Source: Planctomycetota bacterium (lineage in GTDB: Bacteria; Planctomycetota; UBA8108; SXIK01). From it: 64,000 nucleotides of DNA. Position 1 is the stretch's first letter. Every line of letters begins with the position of its first letter. Below the pieces are notes generated by a model. That model saw only the letters and a program-made list of their open reading frames with translations. It did no database searches and was not told where the DNA came from. The position numbers and the translations under genes were made by a program. Positions 1 to 9,626 of the stretch are shown in pieces. The DNA lies in the NCBI GenBank assembly GCA_965223265.1, contig OZ244999.1, positions 5,152,001-5,216,000 on the forward strand, written 5' to 3'.

Positions 1-411
1 CCAGACTCTATCGCTCGCGGGATAGAGGACGTCGTAGTCCTGGACAGAGTGCGAGATGAGGAAATACACGCCGCCGTCAAACGGCGTCAAAAGCGACACG
101 TCGGTCCAAGAAGTCGCGCCTGGGATGTCCACGTGCAACGGAATCTCTCTCACGGTCCGCGTTCCCGAAGCGCTACCGTCCGACTGCCAAAGCACCGGAG
201 CCGTGTACGCGTTCTGAAAGAAAAAGATCCTATCGCCCGAGCGACAAAAGTGGGACGGCCAGGACGCGAACGTGCCACTCGGGTTGATCTCAGCGACGCG
301 AACAGGATCTGCACCGGCCGCGGCAGATGAACTCAACAAGACGAGAGCGGCCTGCAAGAGAGCGAAAGACGACGCGGACACGCTTCGGCGAACTCCCAGG
401 GACCATTCCAT
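1..411 (-). CDS. Secreted ELWxxDGT-repeat-like protein, N-terminal part (runs off the window's left edge)
   Basis: Hand translation from ATG 411: MEWSLGVRRSVSASSFALLQAALVLLSSSAAAGADPVRVAEINPSG...RIFFFQNAYTAPVLWQSDGSASGTRTVREI. Shows a signal peptide and an LWxSDGxxxGT motif. Absent from the ORF track because it has no stop in the window. Confidence 0.65.
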   Translation of the reverse strand, partial: MEWSLGVRRSVSASSFALLQAALVLLSSSAAAGADPVRVAEINPSGTFASWPSHFCRSGDRIFFFQNAYTAPVLWQSDGSASGTRTVREIPLHVDIPGATSWTDVSLLTPFDGGVYFLISHSVQDYDVLYPASDRVW

Positions 412-729
412 CTCCTGCCTCCGCAATCTACACCCGGCGATCTGCACCCGGCGAGCGACTCACCGCGGTCGCGTGTGCAGCTGTCGTGTCCGATCCTAAG
501 GGTGACATCTCGCAGTGCCAAATTTCTTTTTCAGCCAGGGCTGGACACGACCCGCGGACGGAAGGAGAGCGCGCATAAGCGTTCCTCGCGTCTTCCAGGC
601 GAACAGGATGGCTTCGGCGTGCACTTCGACGGTATGGTAGCCTACGTTCGCGCAAGCGTCCGTCACGCGATGCTCAGCAATGCTCCAAATCCCCACGACG
701 ACTCCGTCTCCCGAGGTCTCGTTCTTCCC

Positions 730-1767
730 ATGGAATCGATCGACGTCTTCTGCCACGTGCTCCCGCCCGAGTACTGCGACGCCGCGAACCGTGCCGCCAA
801 GCGACCCCTCCACATGTTCGCGCGGGCGCAGGAAATCGAGGTCATGGTCAACCTCGACGCGCGCCGCCGCGTCATGGATCGGTTTCCCGGCTACCGCCAG
901 ATCCCGAGTTTGGCGTCGCCGCCGCCCGAGATGATCACGACGCCCGACGAGTCCCCCGACTTGGCGCGGCGCGCCAACGATGCTCTCGCCGAGATGGTGC
1001 GTGGCGACCCGGAACGTTTTCCCTCGTTCGTGGCGACGCTACCGCTCAACAATCCCGACGCCAGCTTGAGAGAGATCGACCGTGCCGTCGGCGAGCTCGG
1101 CGCCGCGGGCGTGCAGGTCTACACTAGCGTCGAGGGCAAGCCGCTTGATCAACCAGAGCTCCTCTCCCTGATCGAACACGCCGCGAAACTCGACCGCGCC
1201 GTGTGGCTCCATCCCATCCGGGCCATGAGCGTGCCGGACTATCCGGGCGAAGAGTGCTCGCGCTACGATCTCTGGTGGGCACTCGGTTGGCCGTACGAAA
1301 CCAGCGTCGCTATGGGCCGCCTGGTTTTCTCCGGCCTCTTCGACCGTCATCCCGACCTCGTCCTCATTACCCATCACGCCGGCGGCATGATCCCCATGAT
1401 GGAGGGACGCCTCGACAGCGGACTCGATCTCCTCGGCACGCGTGCGACGCCCGCAACTGCTCACGTCAACGACACGCAGCTCAAGGAAAAACCGATCGAC
1501 GCCTTCCGCCGCTTCCACGCCGACACCGCCTCGTTCGGATCACGCTGCACGATCGAATGCGGACAGTCGTTCTTCGGTACCGACCGTCTCCTCTTCGCCA
1601 CCGACATGCCGTTCGATCCGGAGGAGGGGCCGGGCTACATTCGCGACACGCTGCAGATCCTGAACGAGATGGAACTCACCGAAGCGGAACGCGCGAGCAT
1701 CCTGTCGGAAAACGCACGACGCGCACTGAAGCTGACCCCAAGTGGTGAGGGGAGCAGCACGAACTGA
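730..1767 (+). CDS. Amidohydrolase_2 family protein (LigW/ACMSD-like decarboxylase/hydrolase)
   Basis: IDVFCH, WLHP, THHAGG and LFATDMPF motifs. Start moved to ATG 730 from ORF start 475. Confidence 0.85.
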   Translation: MESIDVFCHVLPPEYCDAANRAAKRPLHMFARAQEIEVMVNLDARRRVMDRFPGYRQIPSLASPPPEMITTPDESPDLARRANDALAEMVRGDPERFPSFVATLPLNNPDASLREIDRAVGELGAAGVQVYTSVEGKPLDQPELLSLIEHAAKLDRAVWLHPIRAMSVPDYPGEECSRYDLWWALGWPYETSVAMGRLVFSGLFDRHPDLVLITHHAGGMIPMMEGRLDSGLDLLGTRATPATAHVNDTQLKEKPIDAFRRFHADTASFGSRCTIECGQSFFGTDRLLFATDMPFDPEEGPGYIRDTLQILNEMELTEAERASILSENARRALKLTPSGEGSSTN

Positions 1768-1862
1768 CGCTAGCGCGCGAACGTGATGGCTCACTCCGGA
1801 CTGGCGACAGGCGAGATTCCGCCCTATCATCGAACGGCGAACCCACGATCTTTGGAGCCGCC

Positions 1863-2417
1863 ATGTCCATTCTTGAAAACTCAAGATTCAAGCTCACTTA
1901 TGAAGACTACGTGGCGTTCCCGGAGGACGGTCAGCGCCACGAGATCGTCGATGGATCTCACTGCGTGACGCCCAGCCCTTCCTCGTATCACCAGAGTTTG
2001 ATCGTACGTTTGTGCTATCAGCTCTACGAGAAGGTAGAGAGACGGGGCAAAGGCCGCGTGCTCGCGGCTCCCATGGACGTCCTTCTGACGCCCGTCGACA
2101 TCGTGCAGCCAGACGTCCTGGTCGTCCTCGAGCCGCGAACGGCCGAGATCAAAGAGAAGAACGTCCAATGCGCGCCAGATCTCATCATTGAGGTTCTATC
2201 CGCCGCGACAGCGACGCGTGATCGCCAACTCAAGAAGTCTCTTTACGAGCGCACCGGCGTGGGAGAGTACTGGATCGTCGATCCCGACGCGAAAGCCGTG
2301 GAGCAGCACGTCCGAGCCGAGAGCGGCAGGCCCTACGAGCTCAAAGGCATTGCCGGCGATCGGCTGATCGCGACCGCACTGCCGGACGTTTGCGTGAACC
2401 TGAACGAAGTGTGGTGA
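1863..2417 (+). CDS. Uma2 family (DUF820) PD-(D/E)xK endonuclease
   Basis: LTYEDY..PEDGQRHEIVDG, VQPDVLVV, APDLIIEVLS, KKSLYERTGVGEYWIVDP. GGAG RBS upstream. Confidence 0.9.
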   Translation: MSILENSRFKLTYEDYVAFPEDGQRHEIVDGSHCVTPSPSSYHQSLIVRLCYQLYEKVERRGKGRVLAAPMDVLLTPVDIVQPDVLVVLEPRTAEIKEKNVQCAPDLIIEVLSAATATRDRQLKKSLYERTGVGEYWIVDPDAKAVEQHVRAESGRPYELKGIAGDRLIATALPDVCVNLNEVW

Positions 2418-2582
2418 CGGCCCGGCGATCGATCGCCAGGCGAATGTTCCGCGACGCCAGCGCGCGAACGCTGGGTGGTCCAGAGTGCAGCGAGCGAAAG
2501 GACACCGAACGCACCGCACACGGCTCCGTCGTCTGCAGCTTCTCCGTTGATCGATGTGGAGGGCGCGCACTATGCTGGGTGC

Positions 2583-5078
2583 ATGCGTGCCCCCCTCACA
2601 GCCACACTTCTGAGCGCTCGGCTGCTGTTCGCCGCGGCGATCGCACTTAACTTCTGGAGTCCACTCGCCGCCGAGGCGGAAGAGACCAAGCCAGCCGAAC
2701 TGGCCGACAAGGTCGACTTCGCGCGCGATATCGAGCCGATTCTTCAGAAGCGCTGCCTCAATTGCCACGGCGAAAAAGCGCGCGGCGGGCTTCGCTTGAC
2801 GAGTCGCGCTTTGGCGCTTGAAGGCGGCGATCGCGGACCCGCGCTCGAGCCAGGGAAGAGCGGCGTAAGTCTCCTCGTTGCCGTGGTCACCGAGAAAGAT
2901 CCGGACGAGCTCTTCATGCCGCCCAAGGGCAACAAGCCACTCTCAGTCACCGAGGTACGACTGCTGCGCGCCTGGATCGACCAGGGAGCCGTCTGGCCTG
3001 CCGGCACGACGTCGAACGACGACGGTCGCGACGTCGAACGACACTGGGCTTTTGAGCCGATCGTGCGGCCGGCGGTGCCGAGCGTGTCCCGGGGTGACTG
3101 GGCGCGAAACGAGATCGACCGATTCGTTCTCGCACGCCTCGAGGCGCAGGACATCGCGCCGTCACGGCGCGCCGGCCGCACCGCGCTCGCCCGTCGCCTC
3201 ACGCTCGACCTCACGGGACTGCCGCCGGCCCCCACGGAAGTTGACGCCTTCGTCCGCGATCGCCATCCACACGCTTACGAACGACTCGTGGACCAAGTGC
3301 TCGCCTCGCCAGCCTACGGCGAGCGCTGGGGCCGCCACTGGCTTGACGTCGCACGCTACGCCGACAGCGAGGGCCACGAATTCGATCGCCGGCGCCCGAT
3401 TTGGAAATATCGCGACTGGGTGACGGGCGCGCTCAACCGCGACTTGCCCTTCGACGAGTTCACCGTCGAGCAGCTTGCCGGTGATCTGCTGCCGAACGCG
3501 ACGCGCGCGCAGCGTGTTGCGACCGGCTTCAACCGCAACAACATGGGCGCCGGCCCCGAAGGCGTCGTCGACCGCACCAACACAGTAGGACGCGTTTTCC
3601 TCGGACTCACCCTCGGCTGCGCGCAGTGCCACTCGCACAAGTTCGACCCGATCTCGCAGCGCGAGTACTACCAACTCTTCGCGTTCTTCAACAACTCCGA
3701 CGACCCTCAGCTCGAGTTCGCTACTCCAGACCAGTTAGCTGTTCGCGACAAGATCCGCGAGCAAATCAGTGCGGCCAAGAAGAAACTCGACGTGCGTGGA
3801 GCACAGCTTGCCGAGAAGGTCGACGAGTGGGAAGAGAACCTCAGCGACAAAGACAAGGCGCGACTCGATCCGTCGGTGCGCGCCGTTCTCGACGTGCCGC
3901 GTCCCGATCGTCAGCCGTCACAAGTAGGAAAGCTGCTGCGAGCTTTCCAAAAGACCGATGCAACCTACGTTGAACTCGAAGCGGCGCACGCAGCGATTGC
4001 CAAGACAGAACCGAAATTCGACGCCACGTTGGTGCTGAACGAGCGAGCCCAGCTGCGCCAAACGACCATCTTCATTCGCGGCGATTTTCAGAGCCCGGGC
4101 GACAGAGTCGAACCCGAGGTGCCACGCGTCTTGCCGCGACTCGGATCAAGCGATACGAGCCGGCTTGTCAGCGTGAAAGAGAAGCGGCGGACGCGCCTCG
4201 ATCTGGCGCAGTGGCTGGTCCGGCGCGACCATCCGCTGACTGCGCGCGTCACGGTCAATCGCATCTGGCAGCGCTACTTCGGACTCGGACTCGTGGAGAC
4301 GGAGGACGACTTCGGCACGCAAGGTAAACCGCCGAGCCACCCCAAACTTCTCGACTGGCTGGCCAGCGAGCTTGTCGAGTCGGGCTGGAGTCTCAAGGGC
4401 CTTCACCGCCTCATCGTCACTTCTGCAACCTATCGGCAGTCGTCGCACATGCGTGATGATCTCGCCAGCGTTGACCCGCGCAACCGTTTACTGGCGCGCG
4501 CGCCGCGGCTTCGCCTCGAAGCAGAAGCGGTGCGCGATCAAGCGCTCGCCGTCAGCGGCCTCCTCGATCGCCGCATCGGTGGTCCCGCAGTGTTTCCTTT
4601 TCAATCGGAAGGTGTCATGGATGGCCGCGCTGACAAGTCACCATGGGTCGTGAGCGAGGATTCTGACGCCTACCGGCGCGGCACCTACATCCATTTCTGG
4701 CGCTTGACGCCGCACCCGATGCTCAAAGTCTTCGACGTCCCGGACGCGGTCGAATCGTGCACGCGACGCACACGCTCTAACACGGCGCTGCAGGCGCTCG
4801 CGGCACTGAACCATCCTTGGTTTGTCGACTGCGCCCGTGCACTCGCTAGGCGCCTAGTGTGCGAAGGTGGCAACAATGACGAGGAGCGCGTCGTCGCAGC
4901 GTTTCGCCTATGCCTGGGGCGCGAACCGACGCAGTCTGAGTCGAACGCCATCAACACCCTGCTCAAGGAAGAGCTGGCAGATGCGAGCAGCGCCGCAGCA
5001 CGCGATCGCGACTTGACGGCATGGACCGCGGTCGCGCGCGTGATCCTCAACCTCGACGAATTCCTGACGCGAGAGTAG
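2583..5078 (+). CDS. PSD1 and planctomycete cytochrome c domain protein (PSCyt1 + DUF1549 + DUF1553)
   Basis: Signal peptide, VDFARDIEPIL..CLNCH, HWAF, YGERWGRHWLDVARYADS, GCAQCHSHKFDP, PSHPKLLDWLA, C-terminal LNLDEFLTRE. Confidence 0.95.
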   Translation: MRAPLTATLLSARLLFAAAIALNFWSPLAAEAEETKPAELADKVDFARDIEPILQKRCLNCHGEKARGGLRLTSRALALEGGDRGPALEPGKSGVSLLVAVVTEKDPDELFMPPKGNKPLSVTEVRLLRAWIDQGAVWPAGTTSNDDGRDVERHWAFEPIVRPAVPSVSRGDWARNEIDRFVLARLEAQDIAPSRRAGRTALARRLTLDLTGLPPAPTEVDAFVRDRHPHAYERLVDQVLASPAYGERWGRHWLDVARYADSEGHEFDRRRPIWKYRDWVTGALNRDLPFDEFTVEQLAGDLLPNATRAQRVATGFNRNNMGAGPEGVVDRTNTVGRVFLGLTLGCAQCHSHKFDPISQREYYQLFAFFNNSDDPQLEFATPDQLAVRDKIREQISAAKKKLDVRGAQLAEKVDEWEENLSDKDKARLDPSVRAVLDVPRPDRQPSQVGKLLRAFQKTDATYVELEAAHAAIAKTEPKFDATLVLNERAQLRQTTIFIRGDFQSPGDRVEPEVPRVLPRLGSSDTSRLVSVKEKRRTRLDLAQWLVRRDHPLTARVTVNRIWQRYFGLGLVETEDDFGTQGKPPSHPKLLDWLASELVESGWSLKGLHRLIVTSATYRQSSHMRDDLASVDPRNRLLARAPRLRLEAEAVRDQALAVSGLLDRRIGGPAVFPFQSEGVMDGRADKSPWVVSEDSDAYRRGTYIHFWRLTPHPMLKVFDVPDAVESCTRRTRSNTALQALAALNHPWFVDCARALARRLVCEGGNNDEERVVAAFRLCLGREPTQSESNAINTLLKEELADASSAAARDRDLTAWTAVARVILNLDEFLTRE

Positions 5079-5080
5079 AC

Positions 5081-6526
5081 ATGAAATCGCCACCGACGAC
5101 ACACGAGCTTCATGCCCGGCGCACGTTTCTCAGTCAGTGCGGCGTCGGCCTCGGGTCGATCGCACTGGCGTCGCTCCTCGGCGACGCGCCTGCGGCGCGC
5201 GCTGATGACGGCGTCGGCGATGCGCTCAAGCGACCACTGACGCCGCGGCCGCCCCACTTCGCGCCGCGCGCCAAGAATGTGATTTGCCTCTTCATGATGG
5301 GCGGGCCGAGTCATCTGGACCTCTTCGACTACAAGCCGGCGCTCGAAAAGTACGACGGCGAGCCAATCCCACCGTCGTACATCGAAGGCGAGCGTTTCGA
5401 GCAGATCAAAGACGCGGCTCCGAGGATCATGCGCGGGCCGTGGTCGTTCGCGCGCTATGGCGAGTGTGGTGCGCACGTCTCGGAGCTCCTTCCTTACACG
5501 AGCGAAATCGTGGATGACCTGACGTTCGTCCGCACCGTGCGGTCGGAGGAGACCGTTCACCCACACGCGCAGCTGTTACTCTTCACGGGACACCGCAACC
5601 CGGGTCGCCCGAGCCTCGGATCTTGGGTCAGCTATGGCCTCGGCAGCGAAGCGGAAGACCTGCCGGCGTTCATCGCCTTCGGCCGCGGCGCCGTGCCGCA
5701 GGCGCACGACGGGCTCTTCGCCAGCGGCTTTTTGCCGTCGAACTATCGCGGCACCCAGTTTCGCAATCGTGGCGCGCCGGTCCTCAATTTGGCTGACCCC
5801 GAAGGTGTCTCGCGGCGCAGCACCAAGCGCGTCATCGACACCATCAACAGACTCAACGCCGAGCGATTGAATGTCGTCGGCGACCCAGAGATCGCCTCGC
5901 GCATCTCAGCCTACGAGCTCGCCTTTCGCCTCCAGGCGAGCGCACCGGACCTGATCGATCTGCGCGGTGAGAGCCAAGCGACGCTGGATCTTTACGGCGC
6001 GGACTTGGAGAAGCCGTCGTTCGCACTCGACTGCATCCTGGCACGGCGGATGGTCGAGCGCGGCGTGCGTTTCGTGCAGCTGCACTTCGGCGATTGGGAT
6101 CATCACGGCAACATCGTCAACGCCTTCCCACCGATGTGCCGCACCATCGACCAGGGCTGCGCCGCACTCATTAAGGATCTCAAAGCGCGCGGCCTGCTCG
6201 ACGAGACGCTCGTCGTTTGGGGTGGGGAATTCGGTCGCACGCCTGTGGCGCAGCCGCAAAAGATCGGCCGCGTCGGTCGCGACCACCACGTGCACGCATT
6301 CACCATTTGGATGGCTGGCGGCGGGGTCAAGCCGGGCACTAGCGTCGGCGTTACGGACGACCTCGGTTTTCACCCAGTCGAAGATTCCATCCACGTACAC
6401 GATCTGCAGGCGACGATCCTCCACCTCCTCGGTCTCGACCATGAACGCCTGACGTATCGCTTCCAAGGGCGCGACTTCCGCCTAACTGACGTCGGCGGAG
6501 AGGTGGTGGAAAAGGTGATGAGCTAG
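5081..6526 (+). CDS. DUF1501 domain protein (Tat-exported, sulfatase-like fold)
   Basis: ARRTFL Tat motif, AKNVICLFMMGGPSHLDLFDYKP, WGGEFGRTP, YRFQGRDFRLTDV. Directly follows the DUF1553 gene. Confidence 0.95.
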   Translation: MKSPPTTHELHARRTFLSQCGVGLGSIALASLLGDAPAARADDGVGDALKRPLTPRPPHFAPRAKNVICLFMMGGPSHLDLFDYKPALEKYDGEPIPPSYIEGERFEQIKDAAPRIMRGPWSFARYGECGAHVSELLPYTSEIVDDLTFVRTVRSEETVHPHAQLLLFTGHRNPGRPSLGSWVSYGLGSEAEDLPAFIAFGRGAVPQAHDGLFASGFLPSNYRGTQFRNRGAPVLNLADPEGVSRRSTKRVIDTINRLNAERLNVVGDPEIASRISAYELAFRLQASAPDLIDLRGESQATLDLYGADLEKPSFALDCILARRMVERGVRFVQLHFGDWDHHGNIVNAFPPMCRTIDQGCAALIKDLKARGLLDETLVVWGGEFGRTPVAQPQKIGRVGRDHHVHAFTIWMAGGGVKPGTSVGVTDDLGFHPVEDSIHVHDLQATILHLLGLDHERLTYRFQGRDFRLTDVGGEVVEKVMS

Positions 6527-6604
6527 CGCTAGCTGTTCGGACGAATCCGCGAAGGCGCGCTGCAACTCCATCGCACGCTCGGGACCTTCTGTGCCGCTCC
6601 TCTG

Positions 6605-6631
6605 TTGAGAAGCGCAACCACACGGTATAAT
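6605..6631 (+). promoter_or_regulatory. Putative sigma70 promoter for the hypothetical/DUF6036 pair
   Basis: TTGAGA (6605-6610), 15-bp spacer, perfect TATAAT (6626-6631). The spacer is shorter than consensus. Confidence 0.45.
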
Positions 6632-6679
6632 TGAGTGGTTCACGCACCGAACGAGAATCCCCAATCGTCGAGGCGAAAC

Positions 6680-7228
6680 GTGCGACAGCACCTCCAGGAC
6701 GGCCGCAGCTCCTATACGATCGTCACCGATCGAGTATCTCTCGTCGCGGCTCTACGGCAGCGAGGAATCGAGTACCTCGCGCCGAGCGACGCCGCCGGCG
6801 ATCGACCACTCGATGACGAATCTCTCATCGCCAGCCTCGCCTGCCACGACGACTGCCGCGTGCGTCAGGCGCTGATCGCGCTTTTTCTCCTCGAGCCTGA
6901 TTTGTCGCGTCACGTCGCACGACTCGAGCAGTCTCTGCCACCCGCCCCCGCTTGCGAGCTCGTCGCCTACTACATGGCGGCAGTTTACTTGCAGACCATG
7001 TGGAGCGTTCGTCTGCGGCGTTATCTCGGGAGACAACCCGCGCTTGCAGACGAATTCTCAACCGCTCTCGGCCTCCCTGACCGCTGTGAGGGTCTCGGTA
7101 AGGTCGGCCTCCACGCGCTCTCCGACTGGCACAACGCTCGCCTCAGAACGAGTGCCAATCGCCTATCTGAGTACGAGGGCGTCGTGGATCTGCTCTTTGC
7201 CGACCTGAAGCGGCGGCACCGCAGATGA
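6680..7228 (+). CDS. Hypothetical protein, putative antitoxin/partner of the downstream nucleotidyltransferase
   Basis: Helical ORF with an ATGA overlap to the next gene. Start uncertain: GTG 6635, or GTG 6680 with a GAGG RBS. Confidence 0.7.
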   Translation: MRQHLQDGRSSYTIVTDRVSLVAALRQRGIEYLAPSDAAGDRPLDDESLIASLACHDDCRVRQALIALFLLEPDLSRHVARLEQSLPPAPACELVAYYMAAVYLQTMWSVRLRRYLGRQPALADEFSTALGLPDRCEGLGKVGLHALSDWHNARLRTSANRLSEYEGVVDLLFADLKRRHRR

Positions 7229-7794
7229 GCCTCCGCGCCAATGTCGATCGCGACCGCATGTGCCAGTTCTTCGAAGCGTTAGGTCGCGAGTTCCACGGCT
7301 CGGCACGCATTTATCTTGTCGGCGGAACGACGCTCGTCTACGAAGAGCTCCGTCAGCAGACGCTCGATATCGACCTGGTGATCGAGGTTGACGCCAAAGA
7401 GCATGGTGCCTTGATTCATGCGATTCGTGTCCTCAAGGACCGCCTCTCGGTCAACGTCGAAGAGGCATCACCGGCCGACTTCATCCCTCTCCCTGCCGGA
7501 GTCGACGGCCGGCATCGGTTTATCCAGAGATTCGGTGGAATCGATATCTACCACTTCGACCCCTACAGCAGCTCACTGAGCAAGATCGAACGCGGGCGCA
7601 CTCAAGACCTTGAAGACGTGCTCGCTCTGCTGCGCGCGCGTTACATCTCGTGGGAAGAGCTCGCGCGTGCCTTCAACGAGATTCTGCCCCGAGTCGGCAC
7701 TGAAAGCCTGAAACAGGACCCGGACGAATTCGCAGCCAACTTCCAAGTCGTCGCCAAAATGTGGCGAAGCGAGCGCTCTGAGTCCGTCGAGTAA
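7225..7794 (+). CDS. DUF6036-like nucleotidyltransferase (Pol-beta fold, AbiEii/MenT-like)
   Basis: YLVGGTTL...TLDIDL motif plus C-terminal SKIERGRTQDLEDV. Confidence 0.8.
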   Translation: MSLRANVDRDRMCQFFEALGREFHGSARIYLVGGTTLVYEELRQQTLDIDLVIEVDAKEHGALIHAIRVLKDRLSVNVEEASPADFIPLPAGVDGRHRFIQRFGGIDIYHFDPYSSSLSKIERGRTQDLEDVLALLRARYISWEELARAFNEILPRVGTESLKQDPDEFAANFQVVAKMWRSERSESVE

Positions 7795-7812
7795 GGCGGA
7801 CGCTGGTGGCGC

Positions 7813-8595
7813 TCAAGTCTCCGACGACTCACGCCTTGATGTGCTTTCAAGCCCCATCGAGCGGTGCTGCGCGTTGAGTTCGGCCTGGTATCGCTCCCGC
7901 GCCGCCGCGTCGATGCGACAACTCGCGCCTCTGAAGACCATCGCGAAGGCGCGGCGATGGCGCACCGACGAACGGTTGGGATCGGCTCGATGGATCGTCC
8001 AGCCGTGGTGGACGATGGCGTCGCCCGGCGACAGTTTCATCGGTACTTCGGCTGCTTCGTCCGCGGCGCCGTAGTCAGTGAGACCCTGTGAAAAGCCGAG
8101 GACGTTGCTGACGCCGTGCGGGCGCGCACCGCGGCGGTGCGAACCGGCCACATAGCGCAGACAACCGTTCTCTTCGTCGATCGGATCGAGGGCCAGCCAA
8201 ATCGTCAGCACATTCGGCGGCTCGTACTTGAAGTAGTAGTTGTCCTGATGCGCTGGCGTCGGGTGGTTCGTCCGCGGCGGCTTATTGAACCACTCCGGCG
8301 AATCGCACGACACCCTCTCACCCAGGAGCGCCGTGGCCAGCGCGTTCCACTTCGGGTGGTCTACGCTGCGGCGAAAGTAGTCGTCGCTGCTCATGTGCTG
8401 CAGCTGCTTGAGCGTCTCAGGACGCGAACGATCGTCGTAGAACGCCTGCGAATCCTCGAGCCCGGGCACGACGTCGCAAATGTACCGCTCGAGCTCGGCC
8501 TCAAGCTCCCCAAGTTCGTCCTCGCTCAGGAAGCGCCGCACAACGGCGAACCCGTCACGCTCGAAAGCGGATTTGTATTCGTCGAAGGAACTCAT
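7813..8595 (-). CDS. Phytanoyl-CoA dioxygenase (PhyH) family Fe(II)/2OG oxygenase
   Basis: FERDGF, AHQDNYY (HxD), WLALD..EENGCLRYVAGSH, HHGWTIHRADPNRS..RRA. Confidence 0.92.
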   Translation of the reverse strand: MSSFDEYKSAFERDGFAVVRRFLSEDELGELEAELERYICDVVPGLEDSQAFYDDRSRPETLKQLQHMSSDDYFRRSVDHPKWNALATALLGERVSCDSPEWFNKPPRTNHPTPAHQDNYYFKYEPPNVLTIWLALDPIDEENGCLRYVAGSHRRGARPHGVSNVLGFSQGLTDYGAADEAAEVPMKLSPGDAIVHHGWTIHRADPNRSSVRHRRAFAMVFRGASCRIDAAARERYQAELNAQHRSMGLESTSRRESSET

Positions 8596-8706
8596 TAGAA
8601 CTGATCGAACTCGATGGTCGTTTTTGGACGGCGCCCGCGCAGGGTTGCATCTCGAACGACGCAGTCTCGCGGTCGATCATTGACCTCACTCAGGAAACTA
8701 TCCGCA

Positions 8707-9408
8707 ATGGCAGCGAGAATCTACGAGGAAACCTTCGACGACGGGCCCGGCGGCTGGGGCGGCTGGATCAGCAACAGCGCCGGCCCGAAAGCCCTCGAGT
8801 ACCGCGACCGCGCTGTGATCTCACGCAGCCCTTGGTGGGTCGACTACAACCACGCTCCTCCTGGGGGCGGCTACCTCCACATGGTCCTCTGCCTCAACAC
8901 CTATGGAGCCCAGGGCGAGCATCAGCAGGAGACGGCTGGCCGTAACCGCTACATCGATGGCGGCTTTCCGATCGACTTCACCGGCGCACGCATCAATGTA
9001 CACCTGCGCGGCGAGCTCGAGCCCATGGGCGCGCAGCTGGTGCTGCTCATTCAGGGGCACTGCGATGGATTGGTGGTACCGTGGGCGCTCACCGGGCAAC
9101 CGCTGGCGGTCAGCGAGGAGTGGCGCGAGCAGACGATCACGCTCACGCCCGACCCGAGCCAGTGGACGCCGCTCGGGTCACGCTACAATCGCACCGACAT
9201 GTACGGTCACGGCCCTTTGGAGAAAGTGCTCGCGCACGTCAGCAGCAACATCATGTTCATCCTCTTTCCCCTCGACGTCGTCCCCATGGGGCCGCTTGAA
9301 GGCGACCCCCACATTCTACGGCCGGAGAAGGACTATCCTGTCTGGCGCCATCGCCTGCCGGAGGGCTACGTCGCGCTCGACCGCGTGCGGATTGAGTTTT
9401 CGCGTTAG
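8707..9408 (+). CDS. Hypothetical protein (Trp/Pro/Gly-rich, possible jelly-roll fold)
   Basis: Clean ORF with GC3-biased codons and an AGGA RBS-like site before ATG 8707. No signal peptide. Confidence 0.75.
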   Translation: MAARIYEETFDDGPGGWGGWISNSAGPKALEYRDRAVISRSPWWVDYNHAPPGGGYLHMVLCLNTYGAQGEHQQETAGRNRYIDGGFPIDFTGARINVHLRGELEPMGAQLVLLIQGHCDGLVVPWALTGQPLAVSEEWREQTITLTPDPSQWTPLGSRYNRTDMYGHGPLEKVLAHVSSNIMFILFPLDVVPMGPLEGDPHILRPEKDYPVWRHRLPEGYVALDRVRIEFSR

Positions 9409-9419
9409 CAGCCTGTTAG

Positions 9420-9597
9420 CAGCCTGTTGAAAAAGTGCTTCGAGCCGAAAACTGGTCTCTTCGCGTCCAGATCGGCTGCGGCAAACGGAGGCAATCTTCG
9501 GGCCCTCTTCTTTCGATTCTGATGGCGAGTATTGACGCGGTCGAGCTGGGCGTGAAGAGGCCAGTTTCTTCGGCCGAATGACTTTTTCAACGGGCTG
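9420..9597. mobile_element. MITE (178 bp), IS1182/IS5-like ends
   Basis: Terminal inverted repeats CAGCCTGTTGAAAAAGT (9420-9436) and ACTTTTTCAACGGGCTG (9581-9597), 16/17 match. TTAG direct repeats at 9416-9419 and 9598-9601. No transposase. Confidence 0.8.
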
Positions 9598-9626
9598 TTA
9601 GCTCGAGTGCGGCGGTTCGGCGCGCC

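Noticed and set aside
1863-2417. Uma2 gene as a mobile or defence element
   Set aside because: No flanking repeats or partner gene. Solo Uma2 paralogs are common in such genomes.
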